Assembly (NCBI GenBank): GCA_964559475.1
Contig: CAZLHX010000003.1
Coordinates: forward strand, 1 to 53,610
Direction: 5' to 3'
Source: an uncultured Candidatus Bathyarchaeia archaeon
GTDB taxonomy: Archaea; Thermoproteota; Bathyarchaeia; TCS64
DNA: 53,610 nucleotides
The translations under genes and the position numbers were made by a program. The notes beneath the pieces are model-generated. The model did no database searches. It was given only the letters and a program-made list of their open reading frames with translations, and had not been told where the DNA came from. Positions 1-10,292 of the stretch are shown in pieces (the stretch's first letter is position 1; the number at the start of each line of letters is the position of its first letter).

Positions 1-257
1 CCTATGTGTAGAAGTCTCCCGCAAACCATCCCCATTTTTTATTGATTTATGATTTCTATATTGATTCAGCTATGAGCATAGATTTGGACTAAAAGGAAAG
101 GTATAACGAATAGCTTGTGATATATTATTTAGCGACGAAACTTTTTGATTTGGTATATATTTGTTAAAAAAAATACAAATCTATGCAAGCAATTATTATT
201 ATAAAATATTCGATACAGTTTAATTATCAAAACATTGTTTATCATAATGAGTTTAAG

Positions 258-1439
258 ATGAATGTCCTCGTTTTAGGCGTCGGAAAAATGGGTTATGGGA
301 TTCTTAAAGATCTCGTAAAACAGGACGATATTGAGGAAATTGTTGCTGCTGATGCAAATCTAAAGGGTGCAAAGGCAATAGTAGAGCGGGTAGGCAGTGA
401 CAAGATCAAGAGAGTCGAGAAGATAGATGTCCGAGATAAAAAGGCCACAGTAAAGTTGATTGAAGGTTTTGATGTTGTAGCTGGAGGGTTACCCCGTCCT
501 TTCTGTGATCAAGCTGTTGAGGCTTCCATTGAAGCTGGTGTTGGATGGGCCGATATTGCAGCAAACTTTGGGACAATATTCTCTCAAAATAAGGCAGCTA
601 CAGATTCAGGAGTAACAGTAGTACCCCATATAGGATTAGATGTAGGTATTGATCGTGTACTTTGTGGAGTAGGAGCACGAAAACTAGACACAGTAGAGAG
701 CCTCTATGTTGGATGCGGAGGATTCCCACAAAAAGATACAGAAGGCTACAATAATCCATTGAAATATAAAATCAGTTGGTACTGGCCATTTGCCGTTAAT
801 AGTAATCTGGGAAGCTGCCATGTGCTTAAAGGAGGAAAGACTGTAGAGATACCTATCCTAAGTGATGCGGAGACAATAATTTTCCCTGAGCCCCTTGGTA
901 AGCTCGAAGCATACACCAACGGGAATCTAAATGATGTAATAGAGCACCTTAATCTTAAGGAGGTAAAGGATGCTTATGCCCAGACGATCCGATGGCCGGG
1001 TCACAGTGGGATATGGAGCACCTTAAAAGAACTTCATATTCTTGATACCGAGCCTGTCAATGTTAAAGGTAATGAAATCTCACCAATCGAGTTATGGTAT
1101 GCATTAGGAGAAAAATGGCTACAGTATAACCCAGGTGAAGGCGATGCAATATGCCAGAGAGTAATAGTAAGCGGAATAAAGGATGGGGGTTCAGCCGCAT
1201 ATACTTACGAATTCATGGACTTTTACGATCCCGAAGAGGACATAACAGCTATGGCCCGTACAACCGGTTTCCCATGTAGCATTGTAGCACAGATGATAGC
1301 TAAAGGAGAAATGGACATGCCGGGAGTAATTCATCCTGCTAAGATAGGGTACAATCAGAAGCTTTCAGAGATCTTCTTCAAAGAACTGGCGAAAAGACGT
1401 ATCGAGATCTCGGAATCCTTCCAAACCCCCATTATTTAA
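258..1439 (+). CDS. Saccharopine dehydrogenase-like NAD(P)-dependent oxidoreductase (Lys9/COG1748-type), substrate unknown
   Basis: Track ORF 183..1439. ATG 258 is preferred because the Rossmann GxGxxG motif (VLGVGKMG) follows it directly. A two-domain saccharopine-dehydrogenase-like layout is recognisable by eye. Confidence 0.7.
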   Translation: MNVLVLGVGKMGYGILKDLVKQDDIEEIVAADANLKGAKAIVERVGSDKIKRVEKIDVRDKKATVKLIEGFDVVAGGLPRPFCDQAVEASIEAGVGWADIAANFGTIFSQNKAATDSGVTVVPHIGLDVGIDRVLCGVGARKLDTVESLYVGCGGFPQKDTEGYNNPLKYKISWYWPFAVNSNLGSCHVLKGGKTVEIPILSDAETIIFPEPLGKLEAYTNGNLNDVIEHLNLKEVKDAYAQTIRWPGHSGIWSTLKELHILDTEPVNVKGNEISPIELWYALGEKWLQYNPGEGDAICQRVIVSGIKDGGSAAYTYEFMDFYDPEEDITAMARTTGFPCSIVAQMIAKGEMDMPGVIHPAKIGYNQKLSEIFFKELAKRRIEISESFQTPII

Positions 1440-1461
1440 AAAAAACAAAATATCATATAGT

Positions 1462-2709
1462 CTATTTCGAAAGATAGTCATACGCTGAGAGTAGATGAAC
1501 TTTAGCTATATGTATAAGCTCCTCTACCTCAACATATTCATCTACTGTTCCCATACCATTATTTGTTGGACCATAATAGTAAGAAGGAATACCTAGTTTT
1601 CTCCAGAATTTCAAGTCGGATCCACCTAAACTTATTATTGGTTTAGGATCGATACCAAGTATCCTAGAGTTTTCACGAAATATCTTGACCATTTCTCCAT
1701 CCGGGGGACTCCATAAAGGATCATCATATCGTATTTCCTCCACAGATGCCCCAGGATAACCACATAGAATCTCCCGCACTCTCTTCATTACTTTTTCCTT
1801 GCTAACACCTGGTGGTAACCGCAGATCAACCTCAAAAATACACTCCTGGGGAATTACATTTACTTTAACTCCTCCCTCAATTTTACCAATATTCACGCTA
1901 ATTCTTCGCATTACCTTAGATCCACCTTTCCCTAAAGCCATCTCCGCCTCTTCTTTTCCTTCATCTATTGCTCTGAGTAGATTTTCAGGATAATCTATAT
2001 TGATCTCATTCAATTCTTCTAATTCAGTTACTATTTTAGCTGCTATTTTAACTGGGTTTTCACTAAGATGGGGGTATGCCCCATGTCCTCCTTTAGACCT
2101 AACATTAATCTTTAGCCATAGTATCCCTTTCTCACCGAACCTGATGGTATATGGACTGCTGGGCTCTGCGTTTATACAGCAATCTCCAATGACTTCAGGA
2201 ATGTTCTCCAAAACCCATCCAGCACCCAGCCTACCACCGGTCTCCTCATCGCTTACAACCGTTAATACGAGACTTCCATTAAGCTCATCCATCAACTCAT
2301 GAAGAACGGTATATGTATAAATGAGTACAGAGGTACCTGCCTTCATGTCACAAGCGCCACGCCCGTAAATCCTCCCATCAATTACCTCTCCACCCCAAGG
2401 ACTATTTTTCCATCCATTTTCTGATCTCACTGGAAAAACATCCATATGACCGTTTAGGATAAGGCTTTTTCCCTGGTTTTTTGTCTTGAAAATGCTCACA
2501 ATATTGGGTTTATCGGGATCCAGCCCCGCTATTTCATATGAAATACCTTTTGCATCAAGATATTTAGTTACGTAATCAGCAGCCTCTTTTGTATCACCAG
2601 GGGGATTCGGACTTCGTGTTCTAATGAACCCCCTTAGAAAATGAATTAATTCATCTCTGTCTTTCTCTACTCTGTCAAGTAACTTCTGTTTAACTGAACT
2701 AGATCCCAT
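1462..2709 (-). CDS. M20 family metallopeptidase/deacylase (ArgE/DapE/LysK-like)
   Basis: Track ORF 1462..2772, trimmed to Met22 (ATG at 2709). M20 motifs present: HMDVFP, ACDMKAG, SDEETGG, plus a central dimerisation-domain insert. Confidence 0.75.
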   Translation of the reverse strand: MGSSSVKQKLLDRVEKDRDELIHFLRGFIRTRSPNPPGDTKEAADYVTKYLDAKGISYEIAGLDPDKPNIVSIFKTKNQGKSLILNGHMDVFPVRSENGWKNSPWGGEVIDGRIYGRGACDMKAGTSVLIYTYTVLHELMDELNGSLVLTVVSDEETGGRLGAGWVLENIPEVIGDCCINAEPSSPYTIRFGEKGILWLKINVRSKGGHGAYPHLSENPVKIAAKIVTELEELNEINIDYPENLLRAIDEGKEEAEMALGKGGSKVMRRISVNIGKIEGGVKVNVIPQECIFEVDLRLPPGVSKEKVMKRVREILCGYPGASVEEIRYDDPLWSPPDGEMVKIFRENSRILGIDPKPIISLGGSDLKFWRKLGIPSYYYGPTNNGMGTVDEYVEVEELIHIAKVHLLSAYDYLSK

Positions 2710-2858
2710 GAAAAATATACATTCAATTATGTTAATGATGTTTTTCTCTATAAGAAATAGTTTGATATACACTTAGGATGGATTTTTAATAATAATGTAA
2801 AATGATGTTCAATAGAAAGTAAATTCAATTGTTCCTAATCTCCTTGATAACCCCTTCT

Positions 2859-2990
2859 TTAAACAATCCCAAACCATAATGAGTCGTAACCAAGTCTTTC
2901 ACAATATAAAGAAATTGCTTTTAGGTGTTCCCAATCAAAGTATGTACTATGTCTTGCACTTAACTGGATTCCAAATTTTATACTGATCAT
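2859..2990 (-). pseudogene. 5' remnant of a luciferase-like (F420/FMN-dependent) oxidoreductase gene
   Basis: The 43-codon ORF MISIKFGIQLSARHSTYFDWEHLKAISLYCERLGYDSLWFGIV* matches the conserved LLM N-terminus (KFGI..., ...LGYDSLW...). It stops where homologues continue, and no frame continues before the neighbouring gene start at 2709. Confidence 0.4.
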
Positions 2991-3218
2991 ATTTATTCTG
3001 TTGAAAATACAAAACTTAGCTGATATAAAGATGGAGGCAGATAGAAATTTTATTCTGAAAAAGGAAGTTCAAGGATCATTTCAATAAAATTATCTGCCTA
3101 AATACAATTAAGGAAAAATTTATGGATATAACATTATCGAATAATATTTGAGATTTTCAAAGACTGTAACCTGTTTTTAAGTCAGTTATATTCTTATTAC
3201 CCAAATACTGGTGAGTTC

Positions 3219-4772
3219 ATGAAGTTTGTACTGGATACATCGATAATTATAGAAGGAAATACTAGAGAGCTGCTAGATGAAGAAGTGGAGGAGATTATAA
3301 TTCCCTATGCGGCCCTCAATGAGCTAGAGGCTCAAGCCAATAGGAGAATTATTGAAGGCTTCAAAGGACTGGAGGAGATAAAGACCCTCCGAAAAGAGTG
3401 CATTAGAAAAAATATTACTTTAAGCTTCAAGGGAGAAAGACCCTCTGCCGAGGAGATACATCTTGCTCCACGAGGTAGAATCGATGCTATGATCCGTGAT
3501 GTTGTTAGAGAAAACCAAGCAATATTGATTACACTTGATTATCTCCAATCCCTTGTAGCAGAGGCTGAAGGTTTAGAAACCCACTATCTGGAAATACCTC
3601 GAAAAGAACTCACACTCAGCTTCAAACAGTACTTTTCTGATGATACCATGAGTGTACATCTCAAGGAAGATGTACCGCCCCATGCCAAAAGAGGGCATCC
3701 CGGAGAGTTTGCTTTAGTAAAAATTAGGCAAAATCCCCGAACCCGTGGGGAGTTGAGGAAAATCATTAGCGAGATAGATGAAGCCATAGACAGAGGGCAA
3801 GCCATCGTGGAAGTAGGAGAGCCTAGTGCAAGAGTTGTTCAACTGGGAGAATACAGGATTGCCATAGCTGAGCCCCCATTTAGTGATGGTTTGGAGGTGA
3901 CTATCGTCCGTCCTTTGATCAAACTTAGGCTTGAGGATTACTTCTTATCGGATAGATTGCAAGAGAGACTCGCAGAAAAAGCAGAAGGTATACTTATCGC
4001 AGGTCCACCTGGTTCAGGTAAAACCACCTTTGCTAGCAGTCTTGCGGAATATTATAGCGAACTGGGGAAGGTAACGAAGACTATGGAGAGCCCCCGGGAT
4101 TTACAGGTAGGTCCAGAGATCACACAGTATGGAGCATTGGACGGGGAGTTCGCTAAGACGGCTAATATTCTTCTCCTAGTTAGACCGGATTATACCATCT
4201 TCGACGAAGTTAGGAAGACGGAGGATTTTGAGGTCTTCATGGATATGAGACTCGCAGGAGTGGGTATGATTGGGGTTACGCATGCATCTGAGGCCCTAGA
4301 TGCGCTTCAGAGATTCCTGACAAGAACTGAACTTGGGATGATACCTAGTATAATCGATACGATAATATTCATCAAGGATGGAGAAGTGAAGAGGGTATAC
4401 ACTGTTGGGATGGCTGTTAAGGTACCGACGGGTATGATAGGGGAAGACCTCGCCAGACCTGTTGTGGAGATCAAAGACTTTGAGACGGGGTATCTGGAAT
4501 ATGATGTTTTTACTTTTGGAAATGAAAGTGTAGTAGTACCGATAAGGTCTCAATATAAAGAATCAAGTACCGTGGAGCAACTTGCGGAGGAAAGGATAAT
4601 GTATTATATCAAACGCTATGACAAGGGCGCCGAGGTGGAGATAACCGGACCTAACTCTGTGATAGTCAGAGTTCACAGAGGTGTTATCCCCAAGATAATT
4701 GGGAAGAGTGGTAAGAACATCGCTAGGTTGGAAAATAAACTGGGGCTTAGAATCGATGTACAGGAGATCTAA
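3219..4772 (+). CDS. PIN domain / PilT-like ATPase / KH domain protein (archaeal COG1855 type)
   Basis: N-terminal PIN-like segment (VLDTSIII), Walker A GPPGSGKTT, Walker B-like IFDEVR, and a C-terminal KH GxxG motif (IIGKSGKNI). Confidence 0.75.
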   Translation: MKFVLDTSIIIEGNTRELLDEEVEEIIIPYAALNELEAQANRRIIEGFKGLEEIKTLRKECIRKNITLSFKGERPSAEEIHLAPRGRIDAMIRDVVRENQAILITLDYLQSLVAEAEGLETHYLEIPRKELTLSFKQYFSDDTMSVHLKEDVPPHAKRGHPGEFALVKIRQNPRTRGELRKIISEIDEAIDRGQAIVEVGEPSARVVQLGEYRIAIAEPPFSDGLEVTIVRPLIKLRLEDYFLSDRLQERLAEKAEGILIAGPPGSGKTTFASSLAEYYSELGKVTKTMESPRDLQVGPEITQYGALDGEFAKTANILLLVRPDYTIFDEVRKTEDFEVFMDMRLAGVGMIGVTHASEALDALQRFLTRTELGMIPSIIDTIIFIKDGEVKRVYTVGMAVKVPTGMIGEDLARPVVEIKDFETGYLEYDVFTFGNESVVVPIRSQYKESSTVEQLAEERIMYYIKRYDKGAEVEITGPNSVIVRVHRGVIPKIIGKSGKNIARLENKLGLRIDVQEI

Positions 4773-5491
4773 GCAGGGCTATCTTTTATTCCTTGAAGTC
4801 TAAAGTAGACTATCTTTCGTTTTTTCTTTTTAGGTTCTATCCTCAGTTCCTCAAGTTTCCCAATATCTCCTGTATTCTTTACATGTGTACCCATACAGAA
4901 AGTCAATGCATGGGATCCTATCTTTACCATCCTTAATTCTTTGACACTATCAGGTATTTTCTCCAAAAACTCTTGCTTACGTTCATCAGCCTCAACATCC
5001 AGAGCGTCCCTATTTTGATAGAAAATCTCAACAGGAAGATTCTCATCGATTATCTTGTTAAACTTCTTCTCAACACTTTTAATCGTAGAATCGTCAATAT
5101 TGCTTGGCTTAAAATCAAGCTGAGAGAAGCTACTAAAGACCTTAGGTCCAGCTACCTCTTCCTCAAATAATCCAGTTAGTAGGTGCTCTCCACTGTGGAG
5201 CCTCATGTATGTAAACCTTTTATCCCATTTGATCTTCCCATGGACTATGGCTCCTTCTGGAATATCCTCGTTTAGATAGTGGAAAATTTGGTCTCCCCTT
5301 TGCATTACCTTGATTACCTTATAATCCTCATCTTTATGTAGGAGGATTCCTGTATCACTGGGCTGGCCACCCCCCTCAGGGTAGAATGCGGTCTTGTCTA
5401 GGATTACGTATCGTGGCCCAGATCTCACCACTTCAGCATCAAATTCCTTCATATAGCTGTCTTTTAGATATAAAAGTTCGGTATTGGTCAT
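4769..5491 (-). CDS. alaX: Alanyl-tRNA editing protein AlaX (free-standing AlaRS/ThrRS editing domain)
   Basis: Zinc motifs HxxxH (HSGEHLL) and CxxxH (CMGTHV). ATG 5491 (MTNTELLYLKDSY...) is preferred over the track's TTG at 5518. Confidence 0.8.
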   Translation of the reverse strand: MTNTELLYLKDSYMKEFDAEVVRSGPRYVILDKTAFYPEGGGQPSDTGILLHKDEDYKVIKVMQRGDQIFHYLNEDIPEGAIVHGKIKWDKRFTYMRLHSGEHLLTGLFEEEVAGPKVFSSFSQLDFKPSNIDDSTIKSVEKKFNKIIDENLPVEIFYQNRDALDVEADERKQEFLEKIPDSVKELRMVKIGSHALTFCMGTHVKNTGDIGKLEELRIEPKKKKRKIVYFRLQGIKDSPA

Positions 5492-5514
5492 ATTAATTAC
5501 AATAGTATTGGGTA

Positions 5515-6714
5515 TCAATCAGCTTTTTCCTTTGGCTCTTTGACTAGAAAAGAAAAAATCAGAAAAGCGAATGCACTCGAAGCTGATGCGAGGTAGAAAG
5601 GTGCCGAAGGGGATACATTGTCCCATAGAAGTCCTCCAATCCATGCTGCTGGGAAGCTCAGCGCACCAGCTATCGTAGCAATGAGGCCCATGACCTTCCC
5701 ACGTTGATTAGAGGGTACGATGTCCGCTACTAGTGCGAGCCAAGCAGATCCACCCCTCCAGCCCAGTTACTGCCCCTCCGAATCCCTCGCTTATGGCTCC
5801 AAGGACCCTGCTAAAGGCAAGCTGTAGGAATCCACCTGACAAGGGAAAACCAAGATACATCATGGGGGTCAGTCCTAAGCTTATAACTATGCCCGGTTTT
5901 CTCCCAGCTCTGTCCGACCAGATGCTGGAGGGAATCGTCAACAACGTGGAGATAATGCCTACGGTTGTCATTATTAGTCCCCACTGGGTTTTGGTAAGGT
6001 TAACTATCTGGGTGGCGTAAACAGCCATAAACTGGCTGGCCACCCTCAAGCCCAAGCTAGCAAAGACAGCTACTACGATAAGAGTCCAAATTGGACGAGG
6101 CACTGACCTAATCTCCTTCAGAGCGTCAAGACGGCTCGATGCATGTTCAGAAGAGTATGTATCCTCTAGATACCTCCAGCGGATATATACATTAAACCAG
6201 GCAACTATCAAGGTGCATGTTATCGCGAGCCTAACACCACCGTATACGCCGAGGGAGTCCGTGATCATGCCCCCGATGAAAGGTGTGAAAATCATAGGCA
6301 TAAGAGTCATCATCCTGAATGTACCATAGCTTATGGCACGGTGCTCCACGCTAGTGGATTCAGCTATAAGAGCGTCAATAGCAGGCACCATCATGTTACT
6401 CATTTGCGTAATTAACATACCAACCAGCACAAACTGCCAGCTACCCGTGGCCACATAGATCAGGGGAGAGGTCGCCCGGAAAATGCTACCAAGAACGATC
6501 ATCTTCTTCCTGCCTAATCTGTCGGTGAGTATCCCCCGGGTAGCTGAAAAATTAGTTGAGCAACAGTCTCAGCCAGAAAAATCATGCCCATGAGGGTCTT
6601 ACTCGTGCCTAACTCCAGGATATACAGACTCCAGAAAGGCCATCACAAGCTCATTGTTAGCATAAATAGGCTCTGGGTTAGGGTAATAACCATCAGGTTG
6701 CTGCTCTTCATCAT
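5515..6714 (-). pseudogene. MFS transporter, disrupted (in-frame TGA plus two frameshifts) or mis-assembled
   Basis: Three frame segments read as a single MFS permease. Segment 1 (6714-~6535): MMKSSNLMVITL...IFQLPGG, with an in-frame TGA at 6643-6645. Segment 2 is the track ORF 5708..6502, with MFS motif A split as ...LPGG | ILTDRLGRKK. Segment 3 (~5766-5515): ...SAWLALVADIVPSNQRGKVMG...KEPKEKAD*. The shifts sit at a C5 run (6533-6537) and a C4 run (5753-5756). Confidence 0.7.
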
Positions 6715-6863
6715 GTCCTGAATGGCTTTTCTTACCGATGCCAAAATTATCCCCTCAGATTACAAAGGTGAGACAACTACGCATAACATAAAGAATACTA
6801 GACTTACAAAACTTAAATCTATGATTCTAAGCGGAATAGGTTTGATTAATAAAAATGGTGTAG

Positions 6864-8462
6864 CTACTTGCTATACACTATCTTTCCATCAATAATTGTC
6901 ATCTCTATTTTTATGTCCTTTATTTTCTGTGTAGGTACCTTAAGGATATCCTCACCAAGAACAACGAAGTCAGCCAGCTTACCCTCCTCGATACTGCCGA
7001 GGATATCCTCGTCAAACTGCTGATAAGCAGAGTTTATCGTGTAAAGCTTCAAGGCCTCCAAGATAGACACCTTTTGACTCTGACCGATAGGACGCCCACT
7101 CTTAGTCCTTCTATTTACCAGCCCATGTAAAGCCATTAATGGTGGGTAGGGGGCACAGGGGTGGTCGCTGTGAGCTGCGATCGTGACCCCAGCATCGAGG
7201 AAGCTTTTTGCTGCGAACATCCTCTCAAGCCGTTCCTCCCCGAAAGCTGGTATAAGCTTGTCACCGTGGTAGTAGACGTATGGACCAAAGATAGTGGGTA
7301 GAATTCCCAGTTCCTTTATCCTTTGGACAAGTTCAGGTGTAATTACTGTACAGTGAATATCCCGGTTTCTGGGATCTTTACGAGGATATTTTTCCTGCAT
7401 CTCCTCCATTATATCCAAGTACATTGCGATTGCCCTATCACCATTAGCATGGGCGCTGATCCTGTATCCCTCAGAGTAAGCCTCCTCAATAGTCTTTGTA
7501 GCAATCTCGCGGGTTGTAGCCATTACTCCATAAAAACCAGACTTGTTAAGGTATTCCTCCGTCACAGCAGCTGTTCTCGCTGAAATAGCCCCATCAAAAA
7601 AGAACTTCAAGCCGCACACTCTTACCCAGTCATCGCCCAGACCGCGGTATATCCCCAGTTTGTTAAGATCGGTGAATAAGTCGATCCCTACATCCATCCT
7701 CACTCTGATGGGTAAATCCCCACTATTCTTCAAATCAAGTGCCGCTCGTATCTGAGAGCGTTCAACAGTATCATAAACGCATGTTAATCCAACTTCAGAA
7801 CACTCAGTAAGGATCTTTTTGGCGCCATCATATGCCTGCTGCCTCGTTGGCTCCGGTGGTCCCTCTGGACGGATAACATCCAAAGCCTTCTCATGTATCC
7901 CTCCATCAGGCTCCCCAGTCTCAGGATCTCGATCGAATTTCCCCCCAACTGGGTCAGGTGTATCTTTAGTTACCCCTGCTTTTTCGAAAGCTAGGCTGTT
8001 TGCCATGTAATAGTGCCCTCCAACTGTAGATATTATGATGGGGTGCTGTCGACTTGCCTCATCGAGTTCCCCTCGTGTTGGATGGCGCTTCTCCTCCAGC
8101 TTTGAATCATCTTCCTGGTACCCGGACATCCATTCACCCTTAGGTGTAACCTTAGCCCGTTCTCTCAGCTTTTCAACGATATCCTTGATGGATTTAATCC
8201 CCGCTTCCTGACTGAGATCAACGTTTAACAGACGACGTGCTCCTGTAGAAATAAAATGCCCATGACTGTCAATTAGACCGGGAATTACTGTACGACCCTT
8301 AAGGTCTATAACCTTCGTCGTAGAACCAACTATATTATCAGAGCTCACCATAGTTCCAACGTATACTATTCTTCCATTCTTGACTGCAACCATCTCCGCA
8401 ATGGTGTCTTCTGGATCCATAGTGATAATTTTCCCATTTTTTAAAACCAAGTCAGCATACAT
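6864..8462 (-). CDS. Amidohydrolase family protein (Amidohydro_3 / YtcJ-like metal-dependent hydrolase)
   Basis: N-terminal beta-sandwich followed by the PGLIDSHGHF metal motif, HANGD, and C-terminal AHSDHP...GSIEEGKLADFVVL. ATG 8462 is preferred over GTG 8471. Confidence 0.75.
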   Translation of the reverse strand: MYADLVLKNGKIITMDPEDTIAEMVAVKNGRIVYVGTMVSSDNIVGSTTKVIDLKGRTVIPGLIDSHGHFISTGARRLLNVDLSQEAGIKSIKDIVEKLRERAKVTPKGEWMSGYQEDDSKLEEKRHPTRGELDEASRQHPIIISTVGGHYYMANSLAFEKAGVTKDTPDPVGGKFDRDPETGEPDGGIHEKALDVIRPEGPPEPTRQQAYDGAKKILTECSEVGLTCVYDTVERSQIRAALDLKNSGDLPIRVRMDVGIDLFTDLNKLGIYRGLGDDWVRVCGLKFFFDGAISARTAAVTEEYLNKSGFYGVMATTREIATKTIEEAYSEGYRISAHANGDRAIAMYLDIMEEMQEKYPRKDPRNRDIHCTVITPELVQRIKELGILPTIFGPYVYYHGDKLIPAFGEERLERMFAAKSFLDAGVTIAAHSDHPCAPYPPLMALHGLVNRRTKSGRPIGQSQKVSILEALKLYTINSAYQQFDEDILGSIEEGKLADFVVLGEDILKVPTQKIKDIKIEMTIIDGKIVYSK

Positions 8463-8528
8463 ACAATTCACATCATAGAATACGCAAGGGTACTAAATAT
8501 TATATCCTCATAATAACTTGATCACAAC

Positions 8529-9860
8529 ATGTCGGAGTCAGAACGTGTACGTGAATTAGAGAAAAAGTATGTCTATGGGACTTGGAGATATGAGCATACT
8601 TGGGATCCTAAAGTTATTGATGGAGGAGAAGGAAGTTACATCTTTGACCTTGATGGAGAGAAGATACTTGATTTTTCGTCACAATTGATGTGCAGTAATC
8701 TTGGACACAGTAATAAGGCAGTTAAGGATGCTATCGCTTCACAGGTTAAAAAGCTCGCTTACGCGGCTCCTGGATTTGCCACGGTACCTGCAGCTTTATT
8801 GGGTCAAAAACTTGCAGAGATAACCCCTAGAGACCTTTCGAAGAGTTTTATTACCTTGGGTGGTTCGGAGGCAAATGAGGCGGCTATTAAGATTTCACGT
8901 TTGTATTCAGGAAAAACCAAGTTGATCGCTAGGTATAGGTCTTATCATGGTGCGACTAGCGGTGCAATAGCCTTAACTGGGGATCCTAGGACCCATCATG
9001 CAGTGGGAATGCCCGGAGTTGTTAGGGCTCCAGATTGTTACTGTTATAGATGCCCCTTTGGAAAGGAGTACCCTGGTTGTGGTATTTCATGTGTAGAGTA
9101 TATTGACGAGATCGTAACCATGGAGAACCCCAAAAGTGTAGCTGGAATAGTAGTAGAACCCATAGTCGGGTCTAATGGGATACTGGTACCCCCTGATGAG
9201 TATATGCCCAGGCTTCGAGAGATATGTGATGAACACGATGTACTGCTCATCGCGGATGAGGTGATGAGTGGGTTTGGGAGAACTGGTAAAATGTTCTGTA
9301 TGGAACACTGGGATACTGTCCCCGATATAATGTCTATGGCTAAGGGTTTAACTGGAGCTTATATCCCATTAGGCGCCACTATTACAACGAGTAAAATCGC
9401 AGAATATTTTGATCGACCTGAAAATTTATTCAGTCATGGCCAGACGTACGCTATGCACCCCCTTGGGTGCGCTGCTGCACTGGCTGCTATTGAAGAATAC
9501 AAGAAAAATAAGTTGGTGGAAAATGCTGCAAAAATGGGAAATATTCTCGGTAAAAAACTTGAGGAGCTAAAAGAGGACCATAAATCTGTGGGAGATGTTA
9601 GAGGAAAAGGACTCTTCTGGGGAGTCGAGCTTGTTAAAGACAGAGATACTAAGGAACCCTTCGTTAGAAGAAAGGAAAAATTCGATCCTAATATTCTAAA
9701 GAGGGTCAGTGGCAAAGCAATGACCAGAAACGTCTATATTGTGAATGTAATAAACACATTAATTATCGCTCCTCCGCTGATTGTTAATGAGAAAGAGATA
9801 GATGAGGGTATTCAAGCCCTTGGAGAAGCTCTAGAGGTAGCCGATAAAGAGGCTAAGTAG
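8529..9860 (+). CDS. Class III (omega) aminotransferase, beta-alanine/taurine:pyruvate transaminase-like
   Basis: PLP fold-type I class III motifs: GGSEANEAAIK, DEVMSGFGRTGKMF, and the SMAKGLTG lysine block. Confidence 0.8.
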   Translation: MSESERVRELEKKYVYGTWRYEHTWDPKVIDGGEGSYIFDLDGEKILDFSSQLMCSNLGHSNKAVKDAIASQVKKLAYAAPGFATVPAALLGQKLAEITPRDLSKSFITLGGSEANEAAIKISRLYSGKTKLIARYRSYHGATSGAIALTGDPRTHHAVGMPGVVRAPDCYCYRCPFGKEYPGCGISCVEYIDEIVTMENPKSVAGIVVEPIVGSNGILVPPDEYMPRLREICDEHDVLLIADEVMSGFGRTGKMFCMEHWDTVPDIMSMAKGLTGAYIPLGATITTSKIAEYFDRPENLFSHGQTYAMHPLGCAAALAAIEEYKKNKLVENAAKMGNILGKKLEELKEDHKSVGDVRGKGLFWGVELVKDRDTKEPFVRRKEKFDPNILKRVSGKAMTRNVYIVNVINTLIIAPPLIVNEKEIDEGIQALGEALEVADKEAK

Positions 9861-10292
9861 TCATTCCATCATTTTCTTAAGTTTTTCAGTTCTTCTTTTT
9901 TTAACTCTAATCAGGTATTCACAACTATTTACAAGATCGGGTATAAGCTCTCCAGAACTTCCTTTAGTAGCTTCAAGAAAATGAATTATATTTTCTTCAT
10001 TTTGAATCATCTTTCTAATGGATTCATTTAAAGACCCCGATTTTAGGACCTTCTCTACTTTGTAGTTTTCTTGGTTAATATTACTAGAGATGAATCCTAC
10101 CTCAAATGCGTCTGTTACTCCAAGTCTGTAAGCTCTCTTCAACCTTTCTTTATTCTTGTTTGTTTCCTTAACAAAATTTTCAAATTGGTCAGCTTTTCTT
10201 GGGAAGTTTTCGGCCAGTTGTTGATAGTTTTCTTCCTGCTTTTCCTCCATCTTTGAATAATGTTCTATTATCTGGCTTACGGTTCGAAGCAT
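9861..10292 (-). CDS. Hypothetical helical protein, translationally coupled to the aldehyde dehydrogenase
   Basis: Track ORF 9861..10301 (GTG start). ATG 10292 overlaps the upstream TGA in a TGATG arrangement. No recognisable family. Confidence 0.45.
   Translation of the reverse strand: MLRTVSQIIEHYSKMEEKQEENYQQLAENFPRKADQFENFVKETNKNKERLKRAYRLGVTDAFEVGFISSNINQENYKVEKVLKSGSLNESIRKMIQNEENIIHFLEATKGSSGELIPDLVNSCEYLIRVKKRRTEKLKKMME

Noticed and set aside
1-35. Possible start of a minus-strand gene running off the left edge (MGMVCGRLLHI...)
   Set aside because: Only 11 codons are visible, which is insufficient to call.
183-257. N-terminal extensions given by the track (183 for the oxidoreductase, 2772 for M20, 15063 for OYE, 50940 for PhoU, 49016 for M28, 5518 for AlaX)
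   Set aside because: The extensions are AT-rich, hydrophobic and non-conserved-looking. They precede internal Met codons that sit exactly where the family N-termini begin.
6643-6645. In-frame TGA in the MFS gene read as selenocysteine or stop-codon reassignment
   Set aside because: The same gene carries two frameshifts. TGA is used as an ordinary stop by many ORFs here (for example the pstC, elf1 and mmsA-like genes). I saw no hairpin suggestive of a SECIS element.
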